From a virus: 55,311 nucleotides of DNA. Positions 32,728 through 42,643 of the stretch are shown here, piece after piece. Every line of letters starts with the position of its first letter. Positions within the stretch are counted from its first letter, which is position 1. The position numbers and the translations under genes were made by a program. The notes under the pieces were generated by a model. It was not told the DNA's origin. It did not search any database and worked only from the letters and a program-made list of their open reading frames with translations. The DNA is taken from IMG/VR virus record IMGVR_UViG_3300022700_000082, positions 1 through 55,311 of that record. One strand, given 5' to 3'.

Positions 32728-34269
32728 ATGGCCACGATGACCAAAATTGACAGCAACGCAACCGGACTGCGCTACTGCGAAGAGGACTCCTACAAGGTCG
32801 TCTCCGGTGACGAGGTCTGGAAGCCGCTGGAGCCCAACAGCTACAGCGACTTCGGCGGGTCGGTCACGACCGTCGCCCGCAACCCCATCAACCCCTCGCG
32901 CCAGCGGAAGAAGGGCGTGGTCACCGACCTCGACGCTTCCGGCGGGTTCGAGATGGACATCACCCAGAGCAATCTGCAGGACCTGCTGCAGGGCTTCTTT
33001 TTCGCCGACCTGCGGACGAAGGTGGAGTTCGGCGGCGCGGGTGAGATCACCGGCGTCGTCACCTCGACGGACGACTTCGAGGCTGCCTCCGGGCTCGACG
33101 CCTTCGCGGCTGGCGACCTGGTCCACGCGGCCGGATTCTCCGACGCAGCGAACAACGGCCTGCACGTCGTCTCGGCGGCTGCGGCCGGTGCCCTGACGGT
33201 CACATCGAACCTGGTCGACGAGACCCCGGCGACCACCGCCACCCTGGTGAAGGTCGGCGTCCAGGCCTCGGCCGACGACATCGACGTGGACGTCTCCGGC
33301 TCCCGGCCCGCCCTGACCTCGACCACACTGGACTTCACCGACCTAGGGCTCGTCCCCGGAGAGTGGATCTACATCGGCGGTGACTCGCCCCTGCTGGGCT
33401 TCTTGAACGCGGCGAACAACGGCTTCGCCCGCGTCTTCTCGATCGCGGCCAACACCCTGACCCTGGACAAGACCGAGGACACGATGGTCGCCGAGACCAG
33501 TTCCGGCAGCCGGACGGTCCAGATCTTCATCGGCCGAGCCTTGAAGAACGAGTCGGACCCCTCCGACATCGTCCGCCGGACCTACCAGCTGGAGCGCCAG
33601 CTGGGCGCTCCAGATGACAGCTCCCCGAGCGACATCCAGGCCGAGTACATCATCGGCTGTGTCCCCTCGGAGTTCGAGTTCCAGGTCCCGACGGCCGACA
33701 AGGCGATGGCGAACCTGAGCTTCGTCGGCGCGACGAACGAGACCATCGACGGCCCGACCAGCCTGAAGGGCGGAACCCGTCCTGACCTGGTCGAAGCCGA
33801 CGCCTTCAACACGTCGAGCGACGTTCCCCGGATCAAGATGGCGGTCTACGACAGCGCGGACGCGGCGCCCACGGCCCTGTTCGCCTACGTCACCGAGCTG
33901 ACCCTCTCGATTAACAACAACGTCTCGCCGAACAAGGCGATCGGCGTCCTCGGGGCCTTCGAGGTCACCGCCGGGACGTTCGAGGTCGGCGGCAACGTCA
34001 CGGCCTACTTCGCCGACGTCGCAGTCATCGACGCTGTCAAGGACAACAGCGACGTTACCTTGGACTTCCACTTGGTGAAGGAGAACGCGGGCGTCACGAT
34101 CGACGTCCCCCTCATCTCGCTGGGCGATGGTCGTCCGAACGTTGAGCAGGACCAGGCGATCACCCTTCCGCTGGAGACCAACGCGGCCACCGGCGCGAAG
34201 ATCGACTCGGCCCTCGACCACACGCTGCTGATGGTGTTCTGGGACTACCTCCCCGACGCCGCCGAGTAG
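32728..34269 (+). CDS. major tail (tube) protein, large form
   Basis: 513 aa with a good SD. It is the only large gene between the connectors and chaperones, and no sheath gene is present, indicating a non-contractile tail. Confidence 0.6.
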   Translation: MATMTKIDSNATGLRYCEEDSYKVVSGDEVWKPLEPNSYSDFGGSVTTVARNPINPSRQRKKGVVTDLDASGGFEMDITQSNLQDLLQGFFFADLRTKVEFGGAGEITGVVTSTDDFEAASGLDAFAAGDLVHAAGFSDAANNGLHVVSAAAAGALTVTSNLVDETPATTATLVKVGVQASADDIDVDVSGSRPALTSTTLDFTDLGLVPGEWIYIGGDSPLLGFLNAANNGFARVFSIAANTLTLDKTEDTMVAETSSGSRTVQIFIGRALKNESDPSDIVRRTYQLERQLGAPDDSSPSDIQAEYIIGCVPSEFEFQVPTADKAMANLSFVGATNETIDGPTSLKGGTRPDLVEADAFNTSSDVPRIKMAVYDSADAAPTALFAYVTELTLSINNNVSPNKAIGVLGAFEVTAGTFEVGGNVTAYFADVAVIDAVKDNSDVTLDFHLVKENAGVTIDVPLISLGDGRPNVEQDQAITLPLETNAATGAKIDSALDHTLLMVFWDYLPDAAE

Positions 34270-34308
34270 CAATCACCAAGGGCCCTATCGCAGAGGAGCG
34301 ATGCAGCC

Positions 34309-34740
34309 ATGAGTATGTACGAGCAATTCGAGACGGACGCCCAGGTAGAGAAGGACGGGATCTGGCTGGACTACGGCGACTTCCAAATCCGCGTCGCGCG
34401 GGCCGGGGGATCGAACAAGGCCTTCCAGAAGGAAGTCGAACGGCTGACCCGCCCCTACCGCCGGGCGATCGCGACTGAGTCGCTGCCCCGCGAGAAGGCG
34501 GACGAGATCCTGGCGGCGGCCTACGCGAAGGCGATCGTCCGGGCCTGGCAGACGAAGGTCGACGGCGAGTGGGTCGACGGCATCGAGAACCCCGAGGGCG
34601 GCGACCTGCTGGAGCCGAGTGTGGAGAACATCCGCGCGACGTTCAAGCTGCTGCCGGAATTATACGCAGATGTCCAGGAGCAGGCTACCAGCTGGGCCCT
34701 GTTCAAGGCGTCGATACGCGATGACGCCTCGGGAAACTGA
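34309..34740 (+). CDS. tail assembly chaperone (gpG-like)
   Basis: 143 aa upstream of the tape measure gene. Ends in the slippery site GGGAAAC followed by TGA. Confidence 0.7.
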   Translation: MSMYEQFETDAQVEKDGIWLDYGDFQIRVARAGGSNKAFQKEVERLTRPYRRAIATESLPREKADEILAAAYAKAIVRAWQTKVDGEWVDGIENPEGGDLLEPSVENIRATFKLLPELYADVQEQATSWALFKASIRDDASGN

Positions 34741-35066
34741 TCGACGTCCTGCTCTATACCCTAGAGCAGGGCGAGGTCGAGCAGAGGATCATCAAGCAAT
34801 GCTTGAAAATGCGGAAGCCACTACCCAAGCGGATCCAGAACGCGCCCCAGCTGGAGATGGGCCTGGAACTGTACTGGGAGGCCTTCTGGGATCTGTCGAC
34901 CTGCCGGGCAGTCGGGATGGGCGCAGGCCCGATCCCCTGGCTGGCCATCCGGGACTATGGTCTGACCTTCGGCCTCGACGAGGACCAGCAGGAAGACCTG
35001 GTCTACCTGGTGCGGATGATGGACAACGCCTATCTGACCCACCAGTCGGAGAAGGGAAATAACTGA
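34309..35066 (+). CDS. tail assembly chaperone GT-type fusion (via -1 frameshift at 34731-34737)
   Basis: The -1 frame continues ...GKLIDVLLYTLEQGEVEQRIIKQCLKMRKPLPKRIQNAPQLEMGLELYWEAFWDL..., a DUF1799/gpT-like sequence. The frames differ by exactly -1 (34309 = 1 mod 3; 34803 = 0 mod 3). Confidence 0.65.
34731..34737 (+). promoter_or_regulatory. programmed -1 ribosomal frameshift heptamer G GGA AAC
   Basis: X XXY YYZ in the zero frame, 1 codon before the stop. The -1 frame is open from 34731 through to 35066. Confidence 0.7.
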
Positions 35067-35485
35067 TGGCAACCTCGCGCAGCTTCGATGAGTTCGGCAA
35101 GCGGATCGAGATCCTCGCCGAGAACATCGAAGGCAACGTCCTGAAGACGATCAAGCGGGCAGCGATGGCGGCCGACCAGGCGGCCGTTACACTGACCCCC
35201 GTCGACACCGGACTCGCGAAGGTGAACTGGCTGACTACCGTCGGCGCCCCGGCGACGGGGACCGTCGAGACCCCAGGCGCCGGAGAAGCGGAGGCGCAGG
35301 CACTCGAACAGGGCCGCCGGACGATCGGCGACTACCGCCTCGGACAAGGTGGGATCTTCATCACGAATAACCTGCCCTACATCGGACTGCTCGATCAGGG
35401 CTCGTCCACCCAGCGCCCCGAGGGGATGACTGACGCGGCCATCCTGGCGGCCCTTCATCGGTTCAAAAACGGAAGACTCCTGTAA
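35066..35485 (+). CDS. HK97 gp10-like tail-completion/neck family protein
   Basis: FGKRIEILAENIEGNVLKTIKRAAMAADQAAVTLTPVDTGLAK ... ITNNLPYIGLLDQGSS matches the gp10 family pattern. Confidence 0.6.
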   Translation: MATSRSFDEFGKRIEILAENIEGNVLKTIKRAAMAADQAAVTLTPVDTGLAKVNWLTTVGAPATGTVETPGAGEAEAQALEQGRRTIGDYRLGQGGIFITNNLPYIGLLDQGSSTQRPEGMTDAAILAALHRFKNGRLL

Positions 35486-37770
35486 TGGCCTCTGAGAGAA
35501 TAGTCCTTAGAGTCGACGCGAAGGGAACGCGGACGACCAAACGACAGATCGACCGTCTGGGCCAAAGTGCCCGGAACGCTGGGGGCGGCGTGAAGCTCCT
35601 CCGCGCCGCTCTCGGCGCCCTCGGCGCGGTCTCGATCGGCCTGGTCCTGCGGAACGCGACCAAGACCCTGGCGTCCTTCTCGCAGGAGATGTCGACAGTC
35701 AAGGCGATCACCGGCGAGACCGGCCAGACGTTCGACGACCTGAAGATGAAAGCGCGAGACCTTGGAGCAACCACTCGCTTTTCAGCCACGGAAGCGGCGG
35801 AGGGCATGACCTTCCTCGCCCGAGCCGGCTTCGATACAGACGCGGTTTTGAACTCGATTGGGCCTACGCTTCAGTTGGCCCAGGCGGGCGCCTTGGAGCT
35901 TGGCCGCGCGGCGGACCTGGCCTCGAACGTCCTGACCGGGTTCAACATCGCGACCACCGAGTCGCAGCGCGTGATCGACGTCATGGCCCTGGCTGCGAAC
36001 AGCGCGAACACGGACGTCGAGCAGCTCGGCCAGGCGATGAGCTACGTCGCTCCGGACTCGGCCTCGCTCGGCGTCTCGCTGGAGGAGACCACGGCCGCGA
36101 TCCAGGCCCTCTCCGACGCAGGCATCCAGTCCACGCGCGCCGGCACGAACCTGCGAATGGTAATGAAGAGGCTCCAGGCCCCGGTCGGTCAGGCGAAGTC
36201 GATCATCAGGGAACTGGGCCTTTCCCTCGACGACGTCAAGATCTCCGAGGTCGGGCTGACCACGGCGATCGAGAACCTGCGCGAGGCCGGCATCGACCAG
36301 ACGCAGATCTTCGAAATCTTTGGCCGGACCGCGTCCGCAGCGAACGTCCTCCTGACCGCTTCGACGGGCAAGATTCAGGAGTACACGAAGGCAAACGAGA
36401 ACGCGGCCGGTACGGCTGAGCGGACCGCGACGGTCATGGACGACAACCTGAACGGCGCCCTCCTGAAGGTCCGGTCGGCCTGGGAGGAACTGCAGCTGGC
36501 CTTCGGCGACCAGGGGGCAGAGTCGTTCCTGACGAAGATGTTCACCGGGCTCGCGAACCTGCTGCGGTCGATGGCGGCGAACATCACGAAGTTCACCGAC
36601 CCGATGACCCGCTTCTTCCGGTTCATGTCGGACGTCGTCGTCGCGATCTTCCAGGTCCTGAAGCCCATCGTCATCAACGTCGTCGAGGCCTTCAACCAGT
36701 GGGGCGTCAACAGCACATCCCTGAAGAAGACGCTGTACGACGTCGGCCTGGCGCTGGTCGCCCTGCTGCAGACGGCTGCCCAGGTCATCGACGGTGCCAT
36801 CTCGTCGTTCAACATCCTGGGGAAGGTCATCGCCACGGCGATCTTCGGCGGGATCGAGGACGCGAAGCACTTCTGGCAGCAGGGGATGCACTTCATGACC
36901 GAGAAGTTCAAGCGGATGCTGGCGACGCTGGTCATCGAGTTCAACAATGTCCTGGGGACCCTGGGGCTCGACGAGATTAGCATCCAGTCGCTCCTGCCCA
37001 CGGCGGCCCCGAAGACGGAGGCCTTCGACTGGGGCTTCGAGCTGGGGAACGCGGTAGCCGAGGGCTGGATCACGCCGGTCGGCAACGTCCTGGACGACAT
37101 CATCTCGAAGATCGAGGACTCCCAGCTGAAGCGCCAGGTCCAGGAACTGCGGAACAGTATCGGCGGCGGAGGCGGCGGAGGCGGAGGCGGAGGCGGCACC
37201 GGCCACGGCCCCTTCATTCCGGAGTCCCCGCTGGCGAACCAGGAACCCCTGGGCCCCTACTTCGATGACGCGACTGAGGGCGCGAGGAAGACCCAGGAGG
37301 CCCTGACGTCGGTGGAGCAGGGCGCGAAAAGAACCTTTGACACGATGACCGATTCTATGGTAGAATTCACCCAGACGGGAAAGGTTTCCGTCCGTGGGAT
37401 GGTCTCGGACATCCTCTCGCAGATGTCCCGCTTGGCTGCTCAAAGTTTCTTTGAGGGGTTGGGCGGCAGTCTGGGCCTTCCCGGCTTCGCGACCGGCGGC
37501 CAGTTCACCGTCGGCGGCGCCGGGGGAACCGACTCGCAGACCGTCGCCTTCCGGGCGACGCCCGGCGAGCAGGTGACGATCACCCCGCCGGGGAAGTCGG
37601 CGATGGGCACCAGCATCCCGGCGACGGCGGCGCCCAGCATGAGTGTGAAGGTGGTGAACGTACTGGATCCCAGCCTGGTGACCGAAGCGATGGGCAGCGA
37701 GGAGGGTGAGGAGATAATCATCAATGTGATCCAGCGGAACGGCTCCACCATCAGGCAAGCAATCGCATGA
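35485..37770 (+). CDS. tail tape measure protein
   Basis: 761 aa. TP901-type core DLGATTRFSATEAAEGMTFLARAGF, long helical regions, and an 11-Gly run (nt 37162-37194). Confidence 0.9.
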   Translation: MASERIVLRVDAKGTRTTKRQIDRLGQSARNAGGGVKLLRAALGALGAVSIGLVLRNATKTLASFSQEMSTVKAITGETGQTFDDLKMKARDLGATTRFSATEAAEGMTFLARAGFDTDAVLNSIGPTLQLAQAGALELGRAADLASNVLTGFNIATTESQRVIDVMALAANSANTDVEQLGQAMSYVAPDSASLGVSLEETTAAIQALSDAGIQSTRAGTNLRMVMKRLQAPVGQAKSIIRELGLSLDDVKISEVGLTTAIENLREAGIDQTQIFEIFGRTASAANVLLTASTGKIQEYTKANENAAGTAERTATVMDDNLNGALLKVRSAWEELQLAFGDQGAESFLTKMFTGLANLLRSMAANITKFTDPMTRFFRFMSDVVVAIFQVLKPIVINVVEAFNQWGVNSTSLKKTLYDVGLALVALLQTAAQVIDGAISSFNILGKVIATAIFGGIEDAKHFWQQGMHFMTEKFKRMLATLVIEFNNVLGTLGLDEISIQSLLPTAAPKTEAFDWGFELGNAVAEGWITPVGNVLDDIISKIEDSQLKRQVQELRNSIGGGGGGGGGGGGTGHGPFIPESPLANQEPLGPYFDDATEGARKTQEALTSVEQGAKRTFDTMTDSMVEFTQTGKVSVRGMVSDILSQMSRLAAQSFFEGLGGSLGLPGFATGGQFTVGGAGGTDSQTVAFRATPGEQVTITPPGKSAMGTSIPATAAPSMSVKVVNVLDPSLVTEAMGSEEGEEIIINVIQRNGSTIRQAIA

Positions 37771-37858
37771 TGTTCCCTGCGCCCAGGAGCTACGCTGGTG
37801 TGGTGACGGGCGGCAGCGACTCGGGCGCGGGGACATCCACTTCTGGGAGGACCGAGAG

Positions 37859-39139
37859 ATGAGCTTCTGGATCAAAGGGTCGTCTGACGACTATATCGAC
37901 TTCTCGAACGACCTCGCCGCGATCCTGGAGAACAACTCCGTCTCGGCCGCGTCGATTAACGCGGGTGGCTCCGGCTACGTCGTCGGGGACATCCTGACCG
38001 TCGCCGGCGGGACTGCTCTGGTTGCCGCGCAGATCGAGGTGACCTCCGTCTCGGGCGGCGTCATTGATGGGATCCGCATCTTCAACGCCGGCAGCTACAG
38101 TGCTGATCCAACCACCACCGCGAACGCCGTCACTGGCGGCTCTGGATCCTCAGCGACCATCGATCTGACGATGAGCGACCTAGGTTGGACCGTGGACCGG
38201 GACACGACCTGGAGCGGCAGCGAGCGCGAGGTCATTGCCCACGGGGAGGGCGGCGGCGCCGATGAGATCTACGTCGGTTGGCGGTCCTTCTCCAACGTCG
38301 GAGACGACTACTACAACTGGGAGCTGCACGGCCTGACGGGCTACAGCAGCGGCCTGGGCATGACCGAGCAGCCTGGAGTATCACCAGGGGACCACGAGGC
38401 GGGCAACCCGCAGGACTACGGCACCTATTTGATCCTCAGCCAGAATAGCTTCAACTGGTGGCTGAACATCAACAGCTACCGTATCATCATAACGGTCACC
38501 ATCGGACCCGGCTACTGGCACGCATACATGGGCCTCGGGAATCGGTTTGGGACGGCACTGGAATATCCTTATCCGATGCTGGTGTCGGCACCGTCGGAGC
38601 GCCACGACGTGAACTCCAATGTGGGGGACAAGCTCTCGTCGATAACCGATCCGTGGATTGCGACATCGCTGACCACCGATATAGGCGGGACGGTGGTCTA
38701 CATGCCCGGAGGGGGATGGGAGCTGTGCGTCAATCGGACGGGATCCTCCCCGTCCGATGAGTTCTGTGTGGTGCCAACACAACGGCCCCAGATCGCATTT
38801 ACTTCCCCCAGCGCGCCTGAGGATCGGTACATGTCCACAAATCGCCGCTTCGCGGACATCATATTCTCCACCGACTCAGGCACTGGTGGAACAACCGTTG
38901 CGAACTTGCAACCCTCCGGGGATAATGATGATCACTTGCTCTTGCCCTGCATCTACGTTCGTTCCGTGCCGACGGCAGCGGTCCTACTGGAGCCGGACGA
39001 GTGCCGCTGGTGTAACAACTTCGGGGGCGTGGCATCGGAGGACCGATTTGTTGAGGCGGACGGGTCGGTCTGGCGCGTCTTTCGCAACGGTAACCGCACC
39101 GACACATACGCATACCTGGCAATCAAGGAGGCAGGATAG
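37859..39139 (+). CDS. tail-module protein of unknown function (426 aa), distant paralogue of 39139..40125
   Basis: YRIIITVTIGPGYWHAYMGLGNRFGT compares with YIYVVVHVSSGVYRHFGFGNLRKFGT in the next gene. The C-terminal W.VF motif is shared. Confidence 0.6.
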   Translation: MSFWIKGSSDDYIDFSNDLAAILENNSVSAASINAGGSGYVVGDILTVAGGTALVAAQIEVTSVSGGVIDGIRIFNAGSYSADPTTTANAVTGGSGSSATIDLTMSDLGWTVDRDTTWSGSEREVIAHGEGGGADEIYVGWRSFSNVGDDYYNWELHGLTGYSSGLGMTEQPGVSPGDHEAGNPQDYGTYLILSQNSFNWWLNINSYRIIITVTIGPGYWHAYMGLGNRFGTALEYPYPMLVSAPSERHDVNSNVGDKLSSITDPWIATSLTTDIGGTVVYMPGGGWELCVNRTGSSPSDEFCVVPTQRPQIAFTSPSAPEDRYMSTNRRFADIIFSTDSGTGGTTVANLQPSGDNDDHLLLPCIYVRSVPTAAVLLEPDECRWCNNFGGVASEDRFVEADGSVWRVFRNGNRTDTYAYLAIKEAG

Positions 39140-40125
39140 TGGCATACGAGACTGGCACTGCCAGCGACATCGGGGACCTGGTGGACAAGCTGTTTACATT
39201 CTCCACTGGTCTTTCGACGACGCCGTGGACGGAAGATGAACTTGACATCACGACGGCTCGGCAAGGCACCCTCCACCTCGGCGACTGCTACGTCTCCTTC
39301 CGCTGGGACGGGACAGTCGAAACAGACCTGGGTCTTTACCAGTCCTTGGGCTGGACCTCCGGCACCGAGGCACATCTCATGCCGGACGATTCCGGCAACG
39401 GGGACACATCAGTGCCGATAAACAGCGGCCGGCGCGTGAATTTAGGAAGCACTGGCCCCTACCTGGCCTACCACTTTTTCGCGGGGGAAGGGGACGATCC
39501 CTACATCTACGTGGTGGTTCACGTATCGTCTGGCGTCTATCGGCACTTTGGCTTCGGCAACCTCCGCAAGTTTGGGACTTGGACGGGGGGCGAGTTTGTC
39601 TACGGCCACGTGTGGTCTACTGCAGACGCCGACAACGTCGCCTACTCGCAGCATAGCTTCCTGCTCGACGGCGTATACTCCAGCACTGCCGATTGCGCCA
39701 CAATGCACGCGGAGGGGCTGTCGAGCCAGGGCGGCAGTGAAAAGTGGGTGTGCCTGACAAGTCGAATTGCTCCTGCCGGCAGTGACCGAGCCGGTGAGGA
39801 CCGGCAGGTGTTCTGCGGCGGATCTCGGTCTGGTTTCTGGGGGGCGTACCTGGGGGCCCTGCGTTACAGCTCTCCGCAGGCATTCAAGCCGCTGATGACC
39901 ATCCCGGTAATTGAGTATGATCAGTCCGCAAGCCCGGACGTCTGGCGCTGGATGGGGGAGATGGTCGACGTCGCAATCGTCAACATGCACGCCTTTACGC
40001 CCGGCCAGGAAGTGACCGTGGGCACGGATACCTGGATGGTCTTCCCATGGGTCCGCAAGCGCTACGAGCAGGACGGTGCCGAGGAGAGTTGGAATGCGGG
40101 TGTGGCCTATAAGAAGGTAACGTAA
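39139..40125 (+). CDS. tail-module protein of unknown function (328 aa, GTG start), paralogue of 37859..39139
   Basis: See the previous feature. Confidence 0.6.
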   Translation: MAYETGTASDIGDLVDKLFTFSTGLSTTPWTEDELDITTARQGTLHLGDCYVSFRWDGTVETDLGLYQSLGWTSGTEAHLMPDDSGNGDTSVPINSGRRVNLGSTGPYLAYHFFAGEGDDPYIYVVVHVSSGVYRHFGFGNLRKFGTWTGGEFVYGHVWSTADADNVAYSQHSFLLDGVYSSTADCATMHAEGLSSQGGSEKWVCLTSRIAPAGSDRAGEDRQVFCGGSRSGFWGAYLGALRYSSPQAFKPLMTIPVIEYDQSASPDVWRWMGEMVDVAIVNMHAFTPGQEVTVGTDTWMVFPWVRKRYEQDGAEESWNAGVAYKKVT

Positions 40126-41834
40126 TGTCTGATTTTCTAGGAGGGCATGGAGCCACAATCCTGTCCGGCGCCATGCCGAACGTTGTCTCCGCAGCCACGC
40201 AGCGCGAAGGGTTCGCGAACGAGTACGAGGGGGCCTTGATCCTGGGGCAGTATGATAACGGCTACGCAGCCGTTATTTACCTAGATTCGGTTCCAGAGCC
40301 GAAGGTGGTGACTGATTTTTCTGCGGAGGCGCCGAACACCGGCATTGCACCATATTGGTTTGAGCTGTTGCATTACACCCCGGTCCGTATCGACTTGGGC
40401 AATCTGCTAACGACGGTCACACAAGAGGTCGAGGTCTACAACTCATATCGCAATCAGAGCCACACCTTTATTTCGGCCACAAACAACGCCGGCGCCGGTA
40501 TCGAGTTCGATGGTCTGCCCGCGCTGCCGACGGAGATGTCTGCCCAGTCCGGCGAGGCCTTCGATGTGGTAGTGTCAGTGGACGGCCCTCCCGCTATCCT
40601 GGGCACGCTTGATTTCGTCACCGATCCCGCCAGCTTTTCGATTCCAATCACCGGCTCCCGAGTCGTTATGTTTGCCTGGCAGCCGGAGGCTGGGATTACC
40701 GAAACACTGGAGTGGAAAACCGGCATCATTACCGCAACCGATGGCACCGAGCAGCGGATCGCCTGGAGGAAAAACCCACGGCAGCAGATCCAGATGACCG
40801 TGCGCGCCAGTGAAGGGTCGGAGCGGCGCCGCATGATGACCCTCCTAAAAGGTTGGCAAGCCCGTGTGTTTGGAGTGCCTGTTTGGTGGGAAGCCCAGGT
40901 ACTCCAGGCCTACGCCGCAGCTGGAGAAACATCCGTCTCCATCGACACCAACTACGCGGACTACCGCGAGGGTGCGCTTATGATTATCTGGTCGGATTCG
41001 GAGGTTTTCGACGCGGTCGAGATTGACACGGTGGGCGCGAACAGTCTAACTCTGACATCTCCCCTTGTCAACAGCTACGACGCGGGGGAAGCGCTTGTTA
41101 TGCCTTTGAGGCTAGCCCAGCTGCAGCAGTCTATCCCGATCCAGCGCTTCCTGAACTCGCTCCAGGACGTGAACCTAGATTGGTTGATTAGAGATAACGA
41201 CGTGGGGGACTCCTTCGCAGACACCTCCACCTATCCGACGCACAACGGAAAGGTCCTCCTGGAGGATCCCAACGTTGCCGATGGGCCTATCCCAGACGAC
41301 CAGTTCGTGCGGATCGAAGTCTTCGACGCCGATGTGGGCTCGTTTCAGCAGTTCTCGGACTGGTTGGCGCCGGTGCCAGTCACCGTGAAGGGCTTCTACG
41401 GGGGAACCCCCGAAGCGATCTGGAAGGTCAGGCGCCTGGTACACGCTTTGCGTGGTTCGCAGGTCTCGTTCTACCTGCCAACGTACTACTTCGACCTTGT
41501 GCCGACCACGGGCCTTGCCTCCGCGTCCACGGCCCTTCGAGTCGAGAACACAGGCTACGCCGACTACATGGTCGGACAGGAGCCCTTCGTCTCCATCTGG
41601 ATCGAACTAACCGATGGGACCACACTGACCCGCGAGGTGACGGATGCGGAGATTGTGGACTCTGAGGAGGAGCTGCTAACTGTGGGCGAGGCGTGGACGG
41701 AAGATGTAGACCTGGAGAACATCTCACGAATCAGCCTGCTGCGGCTGGTACGGATTGCCGATGACCGCGTGGAGTTCCTCCATGCCTATCCTGGCAACGC
41801 TCAGATCCGCGCAAACGTGAGAGGAGCACCCTGA
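40125..41834 (+). CDS. distal tail protein-like (GTA g13 / lambda gpM-type core with N-terminal extension)
   Basis: ETLEWKTGIITATDGTEQRIAWRKNPRQQIQM resembles that family's conserved block. 569 aa. Confidence 0.5.
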   Translation: MSDFLGGHGATILSGAMPNVVSAATQREGFANEYEGALILGQYDNGYAAVIYLDSVPEPKVVTDFSAEAPNTGIAPYWFELLHYTPVRIDLGNLLTTVTQEVEVYNSYRNQSHTFISATNNAGAGIEFDGLPALPTEMSAQSGEAFDVVVSVDGPPAILGTLDFVTDPASFSIPITGSRVVMFAWQPEAGITETLEWKTGIITATDGTEQRIAWRKNPRQQIQMTVRASEGSERRRMMTLLKGWQARVFGVPVWWEAQVLQAYAAAGETSVSIDTNYADYREGALMIIWSDSEVFDAVEIDTVGANSLTLTSPLVNSYDAGEALVMPLRLAQLQQSIPIQRFLNSLQDVNLDWLIRDNDVGDSFADTSTYPTHNGKVLLEDPNVADGPIPDDQFVRIEVFDADVGSFQQFSDWLAPVPVTVKGFYGGTPEAIWKVRRLVHALRGSQVSFYLPTYYFDLVPTTGLASASTALRVENTGYADYMVGQEPFVSIWIELTDGTTLTREVTDAEIVDSEEELLTVGEAWTEDVDLENISRISLLRLVRIADDRVEFLHAYPGNAQIRANVRGAP

Positions 41835-42643
41835 TGGCCTACGACGTATTCGAAACGTCCAAGGAAGCCGGCCGGCCTATAGAGCTGTTCGAGTTCACGA
41901 TTGGCACAACCACTTACAGGTACACGAGTGCCGAAGACGACGTCACCTACAGCGCAGCGATCTACACATCTGAACCAATTATGAGGACGTCTCCTACGCT
42001 TACATCCAGTGAAAACGGCCGGCAGCAGATGGAAATTGTGCTGCCGTCCAACAACCAAATTGCTCAACGCTATGTTGGCATTGTCCCGGCGGAAGCTGTG
42101 CGTCTGCGGGTCCTGCAATTCCATCGCGGTGACTCGCCCAACGGAGTCGTGCTCTGGAGCGGCCGGGTCGTGTCCGCGAAATATGAACGGCGCGGCGCCG
42201 TTTGTCGGTTGTTCTCCGTCTCATCAGAGGCCGCCCTGTCCCGCCCCTGCCCAGGGCGGAAATTCCAGTCCCTGTGCAACCACAAGCTCGGGGACAGCCT
42301 CTGTCAGGTCGATCTGGAAAGCGAGAAGTACACAGGCGTGGTCACAGATGCGGAGGCCGCCGTCATTACCGTAGCTGGCGTCTCCAGCCAGGGCCCCGAC
42401 TGGGCTGTGGGCGGGACAGTGGTGTGGGGCACAGAACGACGCCTTGTGCTGGCGCCGCAGTCTGGTGACGACCTGACGTTGCGACTGCCGTTTCCGGTCA
42501 CCCCGATTGGCCAGACCGTGGACGTCTATCCGGGGTGCGACCATCTTATTAGCACCTGCGACTCCAAGTTTAGCAACACGGTAAACTTCGGGGGCTACCC
42601 GTTCGTGCCAACCAAAAACCCTTTCGAGTCGGGGATGGACTGA
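41834..42643 (+). CDS. tail tip/hub protein, DUF2163 + BR0599-like
   Basis: The C-terminal SLCNHKLGDSLCQVDL...TGVVT resembles the BR0599 Cys-containing domain found in GTA-type tails. Confidence 0.65.
   Translation: MAYDVFETSKEAGRPIELFEFTIGTTTYRYTSAEDDVTYSAAIYTSEPIMRTSPTLTSSENGRQQMEIVLPSNNQIAQRYVGIVPAEAVRLRVLQFHRGDSPNGVVLWSGRVVSAKYERRGAVCRLFSVSSEAALSRPCPGRKFQSLCNHKLGDSLCQVDLESEKYTGVVTDAEAAVITVAGVSSQGPDWAVGGTVVWGTERRLVLAPQSGDDLTLRLPFPVTPIGQTVDVYPGCDHLISTCDSKFSNTVNFGGYPFVPTKNPFESGMD

Noticed and set aside
37162-37194. A GGC/GGA simple repeat (11 Gly codons) in the tape measure gene as a phase-variation tract
   Set aside because: The repeat unit is in frame (3 nt), so slippage only changes linker length. 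Gly runs are common in tape measure proteins.
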